A stretch of DNA of 64,000 nt from an uncultured Chloroflexia bacterium (GCA_963712745.1 CAVQJC010000006.1:128001-192000); one strand, 5' to 3'; positions 1 to 10,825 are shown, numbered from the stretch's first letter. Made by a program: numbers and translations. The notes: generated by a model from the letters alone, not told the origin.

Positions 1-892
1 GAAGATGGTGGTCATGAAGTCGCGGCCGGCCGAACCGGCGAGCATGCCGAAGCCGGCGGTCATGACTGAGCCGATGAGCAGGGCCAGGACCAGCAGCAGC
101 GGCTCGAAGCCGAAGGCGCCGACCAGCAGCAGCACCAGCCCGGCCTGGCTGAAGGCCAGCAGCGTGCCGGTCAGGCCCTTGGCGCTGAGCAGGTCACCCA
201 CGCTGGCGGGCGAGGCGATGATGGCCTTGGCCGTGCGCGTCTGGATCTCGACGGCCACGAGGCCGGCCAGCGCCATCGACTCCACCAGCAGCACCATCAC
301 CGCGATCAGCGGCGTCATCCGCTCCTGCGGAGAGATCTGCGCGCCGACGCGGTCCTCACCGACCACGATGAGCTCCTGCTCGGGCTGGGACACGGGCAGG
401 TCCACGCCGGCCATGGCGTAGGTGGCCTCGCGCACGAAGGCGCTCATGGCCGTCTGCACCTCGGCGGGCACGGCGGCGTCGACGTAGATGGTCACGGTGG
501 CGGGTTCGCCGGCCGTCAGCGACCGGGCCAGCTCGTCGGGGAAGGCCAGGCCGATGGCGACGCTGTGCTTGGCGCCGTCGACCTCGACCTCGGTGCCCTC
601 GTGCGACCGCCGCCTCGAGCGCCTCCGGGCTGTCGAAGGGCAGCACGCGCAGTCCTTGATCGGCGCTGACGGCGTCGGTCTCGAAGGCCTCAGCCAACGA
701 GCCCGTGAGGCCGCGGGCGTAGACACCCACGTTGATCGACTCGTCGACCGTGCTCGGCAGCAGCCACAGGATGCCCACGTAGAACACGAGCATCAGGGGC
801 GTGAGCACCATCCACAGCCGGTCGCGACTGAACTCGCGCAGGTCCTTGGCCACGATCGCGCGGACGATCGAGGCGCGTCGTGAGAGGGTCAT
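1..892 (-). CDS. ABC-2 type transporter permease (runs off the window edge; frameshift near 605)
   Basis: N-terminus 'AIVAKDLREFSRDRLWMVL' is typical of ABC-2 permeases. After the frameshift the frame continues '...VAVEIQTRTAKAIIASPASVGDLLSAKGL', followed by hydrophobic helices. Overlaps the stop of the upstream ATPase. Confidence 0.8.
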
Positions 893-1794
893 GCTTCCAG
901 CGTCCGACCCGTCATCTCCACGAAGATGTTCTCGAGGGTCGACTCCTCGGTATGGATGGTCATGAGCCCTTCGTCGGCGACCGCCTGGCGCAGCAGCTCG
1001 CCGGCCTCAGGGTCATCGAGCGCCAGCGACTCCTCACGCACCCCGGCGCCGTCACGACGGCGCACCTTCACCGACCGCTGGCCATGCTGGAGCTTGAGGT
1101 TCTCGGGCGTGTCGATGGCGTAGATCTGACCCTCGTTGATGAAGGCGACGCGGTGGCTGAGCTCGTCCGCTTCCCACATGTCGTGGGTCGTCAGCAGCAC
1201 GGCTGCACCGCGCTCGGCCTCCTCGCGGATGATGGCGCGGATGGCCTTGGACGAGACCGGGTCGAGGCCGTCCGTGGGCTCGTCGAGGAACAGCACCGCG
1301 GGCTGGTGCAGGATCGAGCGTGCCACCATCAGGCGCTGGCGCATGCCCTTCGAATAGGAGCCCACGCGGTCTTTCGCGCGGTCGGCCAGGCCGACGCGCT
1401 TGAGGAGGGCACCGGTGTCTACGTCTCTGACGCCGTAGAGGGAACCAAAGAAGCGCAGGTTCTCCTCGCCTGACATGGCGTCGTAGAGGTTCTTCTCTTC
1501 GAAGCAGACACCGATCTGGCCCTGTGTCACCGGGTCGTCTCGACCCACATCACGGCCCAGGATGCGCACGCTCCCGCTCTTGGGCTGCAGCTGGCCGGTG
1601 AGCATCTTGATAGTGGTCGTCTTGCCTGCGCCGTTGGGGCCCAGGAAGCCGAAGATCTCGCCGGGCGCGATGTCGAAGCTGATGCCGCGCACAGCTTCGA
1701 TCTCACCGTAGCTGAAGCGCAGGTCCTCGGCGCTGATAGATGCCCTGTCGGCATCGCTCATGGCGCCCCCGGCCGCCGTGGTGGACTGGGTCAT
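889..1794 (-). CDS. ABC transporter ATP-binding protein (DrrA/CcmA-like exporter)
   Basis: Walker A GPNGAGKTT, signature YSKGMRQR, Walker B LFLDEPT, H-loop TTH. Confidence 0.92.
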   Translation of the reverse strand: MTQSTTAAGGAMSDADRASISAEDLRFSYGEIEAVRGISFDIAPGEIFGFLGPNGAGKTTTIKMLTGQLQPKSGSVRILGRDVGRDDPVTQGQIGVCFEEKNLYDAMSGEENLRFFGSLYGVRDVDTGALLKRVGLADRAKDRVGSYSKGMRQRLMVARSILHQPAVLFLDEPTDGLDPVSSKAIRAIIREEAERGAAVLLTTHDMWEADELSHRVAFINEGQIYAIDTPENLKLQHGQRSVKVRRRDGAGVREESLALDDPEAGELLRQAVADEGLMTIHTEESTLENIFVEMTGRTLEA

Positions 1795-1923
1795 GGGTCC
1801 TCCCTTCAGGGGGTCCATGTATCACGCTAGGGCTCGGGCTTCGCGACACCTAGTGCCATCAGGACCGACCGGGGCGGGTCGAAGGACGAGACCGGCAGGA
1901 CCCCGAAGGGCTAGTGTTGAAGG

Positions 1924-2793
1924 ATGGACAGCACGCAGCAGATGGCGGATTGGTTCGGCCAGAACATCGTGCTCCTGCTCATCGTGGCTGCCGGCATGGT
2001 CATCCTCTATGCATACTCGGGCCCCATCGTCGACCGCATCGTACGCAGCACGCTGCGCGCCGCCGAGGGTGGATTCGAGGACGAGGGCGTCAAGGCCGCT
2101 GAGCTGGAGAAGCGCTCTGCGACCATCGTGTCGCTGGCGACCACCCTGCTGCGCCTGGGCATCTTCGGCGTGGGCCTGCTCATCTTCGTCGGCCTCACCG
2201 GCGGCGCCTGGCTGCTGGTCATCATCGGTCTCTTCATCGCCGGCATGGCCATCGCCGGCCAGTCGATCGTGCTCGACTACCTCATGGGCGTCCTCATCAT
2301 CGTCGAGGGCCAGTTCTTCCAGGGCGACAACATCGAGCTGGGTGGCGTGCCCTGGAAGGGCACGGTCGAGAGCGTGGGCCTGCGCCGCACCGTTGTGCGG
2401 GACGTGGACGGCACGGTCTACTCCATCTCCAACGGTGAGATGCGCCTGGTCGCCAACCGGACGCGGATCTTCGCGGCGGCCGAGGTGCGTGTGCGCGGCA
2501 TCCGCCAGGGAGACCTGGGCACCGTGCGGGCGGTCATGGAGCAGGTGGGCAGAGCCGTCGCGGCCGAGCCCGAGTTCGCCGACTCGATCATCGAAGCGCC
2601 CCGGCTCACCTTCGTAGACGAGGCGGACGATCTCGGCAGCGTCGCGGTCATGCGCGGGAAGGTCGTGGCCGCCGATCGTTGGCGTATCGCGACAGAGATC
2701 AGCATGCGGCTCGACGAGGCCCTCGTGGCCGGGGGCGTGGAGCTCAATCGCAAGGCCCTGCCCAACGGCCTGCCCGGGCGCCGCGACGCCTGA
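1924..2793 (+). CDS. mscS: Small-conductance mechanosensitive channel (MscS family)
   Basis: Three N-terminal TM helices, then 'GVLIIVEGQFFQGDNIE...GTVESVGLRRTVVRDVDGTVYSISNG'. Confidence 0.85.
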   Translation: MDSTQQMADWFGQNIVLLLIVAAGMVILYAYSGPIVDRIVRSTLRAAEGGFEDEGVKAAELEKRSATIVSLATTLLRLGIFGVGLLIFVGLTGGAWLLVIIGLFIAGMAIAGQSIVLDYLMGVLIIVEGQFFQGDNIELGGVPWKGTVESVGLRRTVVRDVDGTVYSISNGEMRLVANRTRIFAAAEVRVRGIRQGDLGTVRAVMEQVGRAVAAEPEFADSIIEAPRLTFVDEADDLGSVAVMRGKVVAADRWRIATEISMRLDEALVAGGVELNRKALPNGLPGRRDA

Positions 2794-2817
2794 GTGGAGA
2801 CGCTCGACGTGTGGCAC

Positions 2818-2853
2818 TTGACGCTGGAGAGGCTTCGTGGCTACATATGGCCA
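2818..2853 (+). promoter_or_regulatory. sigma70-like promoter and putative antitoxin operator of the TA operon
   Basis: TTGACG (2818-2823), then a TACATA-like -10 at ~2842. The imperfect palindrome TGGCTACATATGGCCA (2838-2853) overlaps the -10 and the start codon. Confidence 0.5.
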
Positions 2854-3110
2854 TGAAGAGCGTCAAGATCGCCGAGCTGAAGGACCACCTCTCCCGGCAT
2901 CTGCGTGCGGTCGAGGCAGGTGAAGAGATCACCGTGACCGATCGCAACCGGCCCATCGCGCGCATCGTGCCTGTGAAGCCGCCCCCGGCAAACGTGACAC
3001 TCATCCCGGCCAGGGGCGACTTCGCCGATGTCCGCGATCGCCCACGCACACCTGCAAGCTGGACTGTCTCCTCGACCGAGTTGCTGCTCGAGGAGCGACG
3101 CGAGGATTGA
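2853..3110 (+). CDS. vapB: Type II antitoxin, Phd/YefM family
   Basis: 'MKSVKIAELKDHLSRHLRAVEAGEEITVTDRNRPIARIVP' matches the Phd N-terminal pattern. Its stop overlaps the toxin start. Alternative ATG at 2847. Confidence 0.9.
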   Translation: MKSVKIAELKDHLSRHLRAVEAGEEITVTDRNRPIARIVPVKPPPANVTLIPARGDFADVRDRPRTPASWTVSSTELLLEERRED

Positions 3111-3517
3111 ACGGGTACATCGACAGTTCTGTCGTCCTGCGGGTGGTCCTCAACGAGCCGCGCGCGCTCGAGTCGTGGCCCGAGGTCAGCCGGCCCTTCG
3201 CGAGTGAGTTGATCACCACCGAGTGCCTGCGCACCGTCGACCGTGCACGACTGCGTCTCTCCCTGGAAGAGTCCGAAGTCGCGCGTCTCCGCTCGGAGAT
3301 CCTCGAGTTGCTCGACCGGTTCACGCTGGTCCGCCTGGATGACGTGATCCTGGCGCGGGCGAGTGAGCCCTTCCCCACGCTGGTCGGCACGCTCGATGCT
3401 ATCCACCTCGCGAGTGCCAGCTATCTCCGCCGGGACGTCGAGGACCTGGCCTTTGCCACCCATGACGGGGAGCTCGCCTTGGCCGCTACAGCCCTGGGCT
3501 TCGAGCTGCTGGCATGA
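3107..3517 (+). CDS. vapC: PIN-domain toxin (VapC family)
   Basis: PIN acidic motifs 'YIDSSV', 'SELITTE', 'TLDAIHLASA', 'ATHD'. TTG start overlaps the antitoxin stop. Confidence 0.9.
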   Translation: MNGYIDSSVVLRVVLNEPRALESWPEVSRPFASELITTECLRTVDRARLRLSLEESEVARLRSEILELLDRFTLVRLDDVILARASEPFPTLVGTLDAIHLASASYLRRDVEDLAFATHDGELALAATALGFELLA

Positions 3518-6402
3518 CCGTCGCCGAGCGGCCCGCCGGCATGGTCGCCGAGGCAGGGGTCGAGGAACGCCTGCGCGAGATCCTCGGCCATCGCGTCCGA
3601 TCCGACCTCGGAGTTCGCGCCCTCTACACTTCGGACGCCTCGCTCTACCGCGTCCTCCCGAGCCTGGTGGTGGAACCGGCTGACCTGGACGAGCTGAGCG
3701 CGGTGGTACGCATCTGCGGCGAGACCGGCACCCCGCTGACCATGCGGGGCGCCGGCACCAGCATCGCCGGCAACGCGCTGGGAGCGGGTGTGGTCGTCGC
3801 CACCCGTTCCCTCGCGCGCATCGTGAAACTGGACGCCGAAGCCGGCTACGCGGTAGTCGAACCGGGTGTCGTGCTCGACGACCTCAACGCCACGGCTGCG
3901 CCGTTCGGCCTGCGCGTGGGCCCGGACCCCTCCACGCACAGCCGCTGCACCATCGGCGGGATGGTCGGCAATAACGCCTGCGGCTCGCACTCTGTCAGCT
4001 GGGGCACCACCGCCCAGAACGTCCTCGGGCTCGACCTCATCCGCTCCGACGGCTCGCGGGTGCGACTGACCAGCCCCGGCGCACCGGAGCGACCGGCCGA
4101 CCCCGACTGGCCCTCGCTGGACGGTCCCCTCGCCTACGAGCTGCGCGCCTTCACCGCTGCCAACGAGGAGCTCATCCGTCGCGAGCTACCCCCCTGGCCA
4201 AGGCGCGTCTCCGGCTACGCGCTCGACTGGCTGCTGCCGGAGCACGGCCCCGACCACGCCAAGGCCATGGCCGGCACCGAGGGCACGTGTGCGGTCCTGG
4301 CGCGTGCGACCGTGCGCCTGGTGCGCCCGCCGACGACCAGGGCTCTGCTCGTGCTCGGCTTCGACGACGACATCGAGGGCGCGAACGCGGTTCCGGCATT
4401 GCTGACCGCCGAGCCGTTCACCGTGGAGTCGCTATCGGCGGAGCTGCTGGCCCTGGCCCACGCTGGAGCGGAGGACGTGGGACTGCCCCAGGGCGGCGCC
4501 TGGTTGATGGTCGAAGCCAGGGCCGAGAACGCGGCTGGAGCTCGTGAGCATGGCGAACGACTGGCCATGGCCATCGGCCGCACGCTGGACGCGCCGGACG
4601 TCCGCCTCATCGAGGAGGCGAGCGCGCAGGCGGCGTTGTGGCAGATCCGCGAGGACGGTGCCGGACACTCGGCCCGACTGGCCGACGGCACCCGTGCCTG
4701 GCCCGGCTTCGAGGACTCGGCCGTGCCTCCCGAGCGGCTTGGCGGGTACCTCACGGATCTGCGCGCGCTGCTGGCCGAGCACGACATGCAGGCCATCAGC
4801 TACGGCCACTACGGCGAGGGCTGCATCCACTTGCGTGTCGGCTTCGGGCTGGCGGAGCCGGGCGGGACCGATCGGTTCGCCCGCTTCATGTCCGATGCGG
4901 CCGACCTGGTCGTGCGCCACGGCGGCTCACTCTCAGGTGAGCACGGCGACGGACGCGCGCGCGGGCCGCTGCTGGAGCGGCAGTTCAGTCCGGCCATGCT
5001 GGAAGTCTTCGCCGCCTTTCGGCGGACCTGGGATCCGAGCGGCGTACTCAATCCTTCGGTCATCGTCGATCCGCCGGCGGTCACGGACGACCTCCGCATC
5101 ACCACACCGACGCGACTGTCCACGGGGACCGTGCAGGCATATGCCCAGGACGGCGGGGACTTCCGCTCGGCGGTCGAACGATGCATCGGTGTGGGTCGCT
5201 GTGTCTCGACCCAGGGCTCGGCGCTGATGTGCCCCTCCTTCCGCGCCACCCGCGACGAGCAGCACTCGACGCGCGGTCGGGCCCGGCTGCTGCAGGAGAT
5301 GGTCTCCGGCAGTCTTGCCGACGATGGCTGGCGCTCCACGGAGGTGCGTGACGCCCTCGACCTATGTCTCTCCTGCCGGGGCTGCGTGTCGGAGTGCCCC
5401 ACGAGCGTGGACATGGCTGCCTACAAGGCCGAGTTCCTCGACCAGCACTACCGGCGCCGGCTGCGCCCCCTCTCGCACTACTCCCTGGGTTGGCTGCCGT
5501 TGTGGCTGAAGCTGACCGCACGCGTGCCCTGGCTGGTCAACCTCGTCACTCGCTCGCGCCTGACCCGCCGGCCCTTCACCCGGGCGGCCGGCATCGCTCC
5601 CTCTCGCGGCATCCCCCCGATCGCGCGCCGCACGTTCACGCGCGACTGGCGGCCCCGGACGCGTGATGGTGAGGCTCCGAACGGTCGAGTCGTCCTCTGG
5701 CCGGACACGTACAACGACCACCTCACGCCGGAGGTGTCGCACGACGCGGTGCGGGTGCTGGAGGCTGCGGGGTACGAGGTGGTCGTACCGGAGCGCTGGG
5801 TCTGCTGCGGCCTGACCTGGCATACGACGGGCCAGCTGGGCACGGCCAGGCGAGTGCTTCGGCGCTCGTTGGCCACGCCCGAGCTCGGAGGCGACGAGCC
5901 GGTGCTTGTGCTCGAGCCGTCCTGTGCAACCATGCTCCGCTCGGACCTGCCGGAGCTGCTGCCCGACGACCCGCGCGCCGCTCGCCTGGCCCGGCGGGTG
6001 ACGACACTGGCGGAGCTCCTCGACCGCGTCGAGTGGGTGGCGCCGGTCCCGGCGCGCGATACTCCGCCGGCCATCGCCCAGCCACACTGCCACCAGCAGG
6101 CGGTGCTGGGCCTCGAGGCCGACCGCCGCGTGTGCGAGCGCAACGGCATCGAGATCGGGGAGGAGCTCAGCGGCTGCTGCGGCCTGGCTGGCAACTTCGG
6201 TGCCGAGGCCGGGCACGAGGAAGTCAGCCAGAAGGTGGCCGAGCTGTCGCTGGTTCCAGCACTGGAGGCGGACCCTGGGGCGCCGCTGCTGGCCGACGGC
6301 TTCAGCTGCCGGACCCAGATCGAATCGCTCTCCGGCCGCCGGGCTCGTCACCTCGCCGAGGTGCTCGCGGAACGCCTCCCGCCTGCCGACCCCAAGGAGT
6401 AG
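3514..6402 (+). CDS. FAD-binding and Fe-S oxidoreductase (GlcD/GlcF fusion, D-2-hydroxyacid dehydrogenase-like)
   Basis: FAD motifs 'RGAGTSIAG', 'PDPST...TIGGMVGNNACG', 'GEHGDG'. Fe-S motifs CIGVGRC and CLSCRGCVSECP. Two CCG domains. Confidence 0.88.
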   Translation: MTVAERPAGMVAEAGVEERLREILGHRVRSDLGVRALYTSDASLYRVLPSLVVEPADLDELSAVVRICGETGTPLTMRGAGTSIAGNALGAGVVVATRSLARIVKLDAEAGYAVVEPGVVLDDLNATAAPFGLRVGPDPSTHSRCTIGGMVGNNACGSHSVSWGTTAQNVLGLDLIRSDGSRVRLTSPGAPERPADPDWPSLDGPLAYELRAFTAANEELIRRELPPWPRRVSGYALDWLLPEHGPDHAKAMAGTEGTCAVLARATVRLVRPPTTRALLVLGFDDDIEGANAVPALLTAEPFTVESLSAELLALAHAGAEDVGLPQGGAWLMVEARAENAAGAREHGERLAMAIGRTLDAPDVRLIEEASAQAALWQIREDGAGHSARLADGTRAWPGFEDSAVPPERLGGYLTDLRALLAEHDMQAISYGHYGEGCIHLRVGFGLAEPGGTDRFARFMSDAADLVVRHGGSLSGEHGDGRARGPLLERQFSPAMLEVFAAFRRTWDPSGVLNPSVIVDPPAVTDDLRITTPTRLSTGTVQAYAQDGGDFRSAVERCIGVGRCVSTQGSALMCPSFRATRDEQHSTRGRARLLQEMVSGSLADDGWRSTEVRDALDLCLSCRGCVSECPTSVDMAAYKAEFLDQHYRRRLRPLSHYSLGWLPLWLKLTARVPWLVNLVTRSRLTRRPFTRAAGIAPSRGIPPIARRTFTRDWRPRTRDGEAPNGRVVLWPDTYNDHLTPEVSHDAVRVLEAAGYEVVVPERWVCCGLTWHTTGQLGTARRVLRRSLATPELGGDEPVLVLEPSCATMLRSDLPELLPDDPRAARLARRVTTLAELLDRVEWVAPVPARDTPPAIAQPHCHQQAVLGLEADRRVCERNGIEIGEELSGCCGLAGNFGAEAGHEEVSQKVAELSLVPALEADPGAPLLADGFSCRTQIESLSGRRARHLAEVLAERLPPADPKE

Positions 6403-6406
6403 CCAC

Positions 6407-6901
6407 GTGAACCTCGAGCGCGCCCTGGTCCCGCTGGCCATCGTCGTCGGCGTCGTCGCCCTCGCCGTCTGGCTGCTGCTCGTCAATGACGTCGGCCTCG
6501 GCCCGTGGCTCCTGGCCGTGCTCGTCTTCGGCCACGGCTGGGTCCATCTCATGTTCGTCTTCCCCAAGCCGGCGAACGCCAGGCCCTATGCCGGCACCAG
6601 CGAGTATCCCTTCGACTTCGGGCGCTCGTGGCTCATCCGCCGGGCAGGGCTGGAGGCGGGCCTCGTGCGCACCATCGGCCTCGCGCTCATGGCCGTCGTC
6701 TTCGTGCTCAGCCTGCTGGCCGCGCTCTCGACCGTCGGACTGCTGGTGCCCACCGACTGGTGGGCCGGGCTGATGATGGCGGCCGCGGTGGCCTCCACGC
6801 TGATGCTGGCGCTCTTCTACTCGCCCGCGCTCGTCCTCGGCTTCTTCATCAACGCCCTGATGGTGGCGCTGGTGGTGAGCGGCTCGTGGAGCCCGAGCTA
6901 G
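6407..6901 (+). CDS. Integral membrane protein of unknown function
   Basis: GTG start after GGAG. About five hydrophobic segments and an 'HGWVH' motif. Confidence 0.65.
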   Translation: MNLERALVPLAIVVGVVALAVWLLLVNDVGLGPWLLAVLVFGHGWVHLMFVFPKPANARPYAGTSEYPFDFGRSWLIRRAGLEAGLVRTIGLALMAVVFVLSLLAALSTVGLLVPTDWWAGLMMAAAVASTLMLALFYSPALVLGFFINALMVALVVSGSWSPS

Positions 6902-7035
6902 CCGCGGGCCCATCGCCTGACCTTGCGACCGTCTCACTACACGAGCCGATCGACGATCGGCCACGCCTGGCCCGCGCGCCCGGGTAACATCCACTCTCCG
7001 ACCGCTCCAGCCATCGCAGAGGGATCTAGAGCGCT

Positions 7036-8134
7036 ATGCCCCTGGTCGCCCACAACGCGCTGCCCACCTTCGAGCGCCTACGTGCCGAAGGCGAGGACGT
7101 GCTTACCGTCGAGCGTGCCAAGCACCAGGACATCCGCGAGCTGCACGTGGGCCTGCTCAACATGATGCCGGACGCAGCCCTGCTGGTGACCGAGAAGCAG
7201 TACATGCGCCTCATCGGCGCCTGCAACCGCATCACCCAGATCTACGTCTACCCCTTCAGCGTGCCCGGGCTGGCTCGCAGCGAGGCGGCACTGGCTCACA
7301 TCGACGCCTTCTACTCCGACTACGACGAACTCAAGGCCCGCGGCCTGGACGCGCTCATCATCAGCGGCGCCAACGTGACCAACCCCTCCATCGACCTGGA
7401 ACCGTTCTGGCAGCCTCTGCAGGAGGTCATCGAGTGGGCGGCCGAGAACGTCACCAGCATCCTCTGCTCCTGCCTCGCCACGCACGCCCTGGTGAAGCAC
7501 CTCTACGGCCTCGACCGCGAGCCCTTCGGCGAGAAGCTGTGGGGCGTCTATCGCCACCGCGTCTGCGACCGTGAGCACCCGCTGACCCAGGACGTCAACA
7601 CCGCCTTCGACGCGCCGCACTCGCGCTGGAACGACATCCCGCGTGCAAAGTGGGACAGCGCCGGGCTACGGGTGCTGGCTGAGTGCGAGCGCGCCGGCGT
7701 GCATCTCGCCACCAGCGCCGACGGTTTCCGCATCGTCTACTTCCAGGGGCACCCCGAGTACGACCGCAACCGCCTGCTGAAGGAGTACAAGCGGGAGGTC
7801 GGACGCTTCCTCGCCGGTGAGCTCGAATCGCCGCCGCCGTATCCTGAGCACTACCTGACGCCAGAAGCCGACCATCTGGCACAGACCTATCTCCGCGATG
7901 CCCTCGCCGCCCAGGCCCATGGCGAAGCCGAACCGGAGTTCCCGGAGACGTCGTTCGACGCATACCTGGACAACACCTGGGGGGACACGGGCCGCGCACT
8001 CTTCAACAACTGGCTGGGGCTGGTCTACCAGCTCACCGGCCTCGATCGCCACGAGCCGTTCATGCCCGGTATCGATCCCGCACGATCCGCTGGGCCTCGG
8101 CCGCCACGCCGGACCCACGCAGCAGGCGACCTGA
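7036..8134 (+). CDS. metA: Homoserine O-acyltransferase (MetA/HTS family); frameshift at ~8080 near the C-terminus
   Basis: 'QDIRELHVGLLNMMP', nucleophile 'CSCLA', 'HSRWND', 'QGHPEY'. The expected C-terminus 'GIDPHDPLGL' lies in the frame that stops at 8134. Confidence 0.88.
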
Positions 8135-8172
8135 GGCCACCATAGCCCAGACAGGAGCAGGAGAACCCCCCG

Positions 8173-9448
8173 ATGAAAGACGAGACCCTCGCCGTCCACG
8201 CCGGCTACGAGACCGACCCCACGACCAAGTCGGTCGTGGTGCCCATCTACCAGACCGTCGCCTACGAGTTCGACGACGCCCAGCATGGCGCCGACCTCTT
8301 CAACCTCGAGGTCGCGGGCAACATCTACACCCGCATCATGAACCCCACCGCGGACGTGCTCGAGAAGCGCATCGCGGAGATGGAGGGCGGCATCGCCGGC
8401 CTGGCCCTGAGCGCCGGTTCGGCGGCTATCAACTACGCCATCCTGACCATCGCCAAGGCCGGTGCCAACATCGTCTCCGTGCCCCAGCTCTACGGCGGTA
8501 CCTACACGCTCTTCGCGCACATGCTGCCGGGACAGGGCATCGACGTCCGCTTCGCCGAGGACGACAGCCCGGCGGCGCTCGAGAAGCTCATCGACGACAA
8601 GACCGCCGCGGTCTTCCTCGAGTCCATCGGCAACCCGGCCGGCAACATCGCCGACATCGAGGCCATCGCCACGATGGCCCACAGCCACGGCGTGCCGGTC
8701 ATCGTCGACTCCACGGTCTCCACGCCGGTCCTGACCAAGCCCATCGAGTATGGCGCGGACATCGTCATCCACTCGATGACCAAGTACATCGGTGGCCACG
8801 GCAACTCGCTCGGCGGCATGATCGTCGACAGTGGCAACTTCGCCTGGGCCGAGCACCCCGACCGCTACCCCATGCTCATCGAGCCGGAGCCGGCCTACCA
8901 CGGCGTCAGCTACACCGAGACCTTCGGGCCGGCGGCCTTCATCGCCCGCGCTCGGACCGTTCCGTTGCGCAACACCGGTTCCGCCATCAGCCCATTCAAC
9001 GCCTTCCTCATCCTGCAGGGCATCCAGACGCTGCCCATCCGCATGGAGCGGCACGTCGAGAACGCCAAGGCCGTGGCAGCGCACCTGCAAGGCTCACCCG
9101 CAGGTCGAGTGGGTCAGCTACGCCGGCCTGCCGGACTCGCCGTACTACGAGCTGGCGCAGAAGTACACCGGCGGCAAGCCGTCAGGCCTCCTGAGCTTCG
9201 GCGTCAAGGGCGGCTATGAGCCCGGCGTCAAGTTCTACGACGCACTCAAGCTGTTCAAGCGCCTTGTCAACATCGGCGACGTCCGCTCGCTGGCGGCGCA
9301 CCCGGCGTCGACCACGCACCGCCAGATGACCCTCGAGGAGCAGGCCTCGGCCAAGGTCAGCCCGGACACCATCCGCCTGTGCGTCGGCATCGAGCACATC
9401 GACGACATCATCGAGGACATCGACCAGGCCCTGGCCGCCTCGGCCTAG
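8173..9448 (+). CDS. metY: O-acylhomoserine aminocarboxypropyltransferase (sulfhydrylase); frameshift at ~9090
   Basis: 'PIYQT', 'GNIYTRIMNPT', PLP lysine in 'HSMTKYIGGHG'. The C-terminal 'NIGDVRSLAAHPASTTHRQ...IRLCVGIE' is in the next frame. Confidence 0.92.
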
Positions 9449-9473
9449 CGCGTTCGCCGCGACCCTCGCGCAT

Positions 9474-9508
9474 CTTGACCGCGGTCCTGAACAGGGACCG
9501 TGGTCAAG
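9474..9508. terminator. Strong hairpin downstream of metY
   Basis: CTTGACCGCGGTCC-N7-GGACCGTGGTCAAG: a 14-bp stem with one G-U pair and no U-tract. Confidence 0.5.
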
Positions 9509-9647
9509 CGCAGGCCCGCGCGTTCGGGATGGGGTCGGCCGCTGGGTCTGATGGCGCCCGAGAGCCGGCGACGGAAGTGCGCGAGACCCCGCGACGAACC
9601 ATCCACCAGCTCCGTCGGAACGCTGCCCGGAGCCTCGATTTCCGCCA

Positions 9648-9699
9648 TTGACGCTGTGCTAACGTTCCCTCTCAGAAAGTCCGGCAGGGAACGCTGTCG
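9648..9699 (+). promoter_or_regulatory. Promoter region with two LacI-family-like operators
   Basis: -35 TTGACG at 9648-9653. TGCTAACGTTCCCT (9657-9670) and AGGGAACGCTGTCG (9686-9699) resemble CG-centred GGGAACGTTCCC-type operators. Confidence 0.5.
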
Positions 9700-9722
9700 G
9701 ACGACCGAGGAGGAGTGGTTGC

Positions 9723-10763
9723 ATGACACGACGGAAGACATACGGTTCGATCCTGCTTTCCGGACTCCTCGATGGCTGGCCTCAGCGGCACGGTCGTCGG
9801 GCAGGAGGCGGAGAACGAACTCGTCGTTCTCTGCACGCCGGAGCCCAGCTACTGTCAGGCGATGGAGGAGGCGTTCGAGGCTGCGACGGGGATCCCGACT
9901 TCGCACGAGCGCTTGTCCTCGGGCGAGTCTCTCGCCAAGCTGCGGGCCCAGGCTTCGGCACCCGACTTCGACATCTGGTGGGGCGGACCGGCCGACGGGC
10001 AGATCGCGGGCTTCGCCGAAGGCTGTGACCGAGGCATACGTCTCACCCAACGCGGCCGCCATCCCGGAGGGGCAGAAGGACCCCGACGGTTCGTGGACAG
10101 GTGTCTATGTCGGCGCCCTGGGCTTCTGTTCGAACCAGAAGCTCCTCGACGAACTCGGGGTCGAGGTTCCCGACTCCTGGGATGATCTGCTCGACCCGGC
10201 GCTGAAGGGCAACGTCGCGGTCGCGCACCCCGCCAGCTCCGGTACCGCGTACACCACCTTCTACACGCAGGTCATCCGCCTCGGCGAGCGAGGATGCCGC
10301 CATGGAGTACATGGCAGCGCTGCATCCGAACATCGCGCACTACACGAAGTCAGGCTCGGCACCCGGTCGCGAGGCGGGTACCGGCGAGGTCGCCGTGGCC
10401 ATCGTCTTCAGCCACGACTGCATCAACAACATCGAGAACGCTGGCATGACCGACTTGGTGGTCTCCTTCCCCGCGGAAGGCACGGGCTACGAGATCGCCG
10501 GCCAGGCGATCGTGGCCAACGCCCAGCACCCGAACAATGCCAGGACCTGGTACGACTGGGCGCTGACGAAGGAGGCACAGGAAATCGGCCCCACGGTCGG
10601 CGCGTATCAGCTGCCGACGAACCCCGATGCCGAGGTCAGCGACAAGGCCGTGTCGCTCTCGGAGGTCACCCTGGTCGACTACGACTTCCAGGCGGCAGGC
10701 GAAGCTCGAACGCGCCTGACCCAGCGGTTCGAGGACGAGATCGCCATCGCGCCGGTCGAGTAG
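9723..10763 (+). CDS. ABC substrate-binding protein, AfuA/FbpA family (frameshifts at ~9770, ~10025, ~10290)
   Basis: RBS GAGGAGG and signal peptide. Joined frames give 'RLSSGES', 'DIWWGGPAD', 'SWDDLLDP', 'HPASSGTAY', 'VFSHD', 'EGTGYEI'. Confidence 0.85.
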
Positions 10764-10825
10764 CGCGGCTGCATGACCCCAACGAGCGCCGGCCTGGTCC
10801 AGTGCTCGTGACTCACCGCCACACT

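Noticed and set aside
6902-7035. SAM riboswitch or T-box upstream of metA
   Set aside because: No SAM-I core or T-box motif is recognisable by eye.
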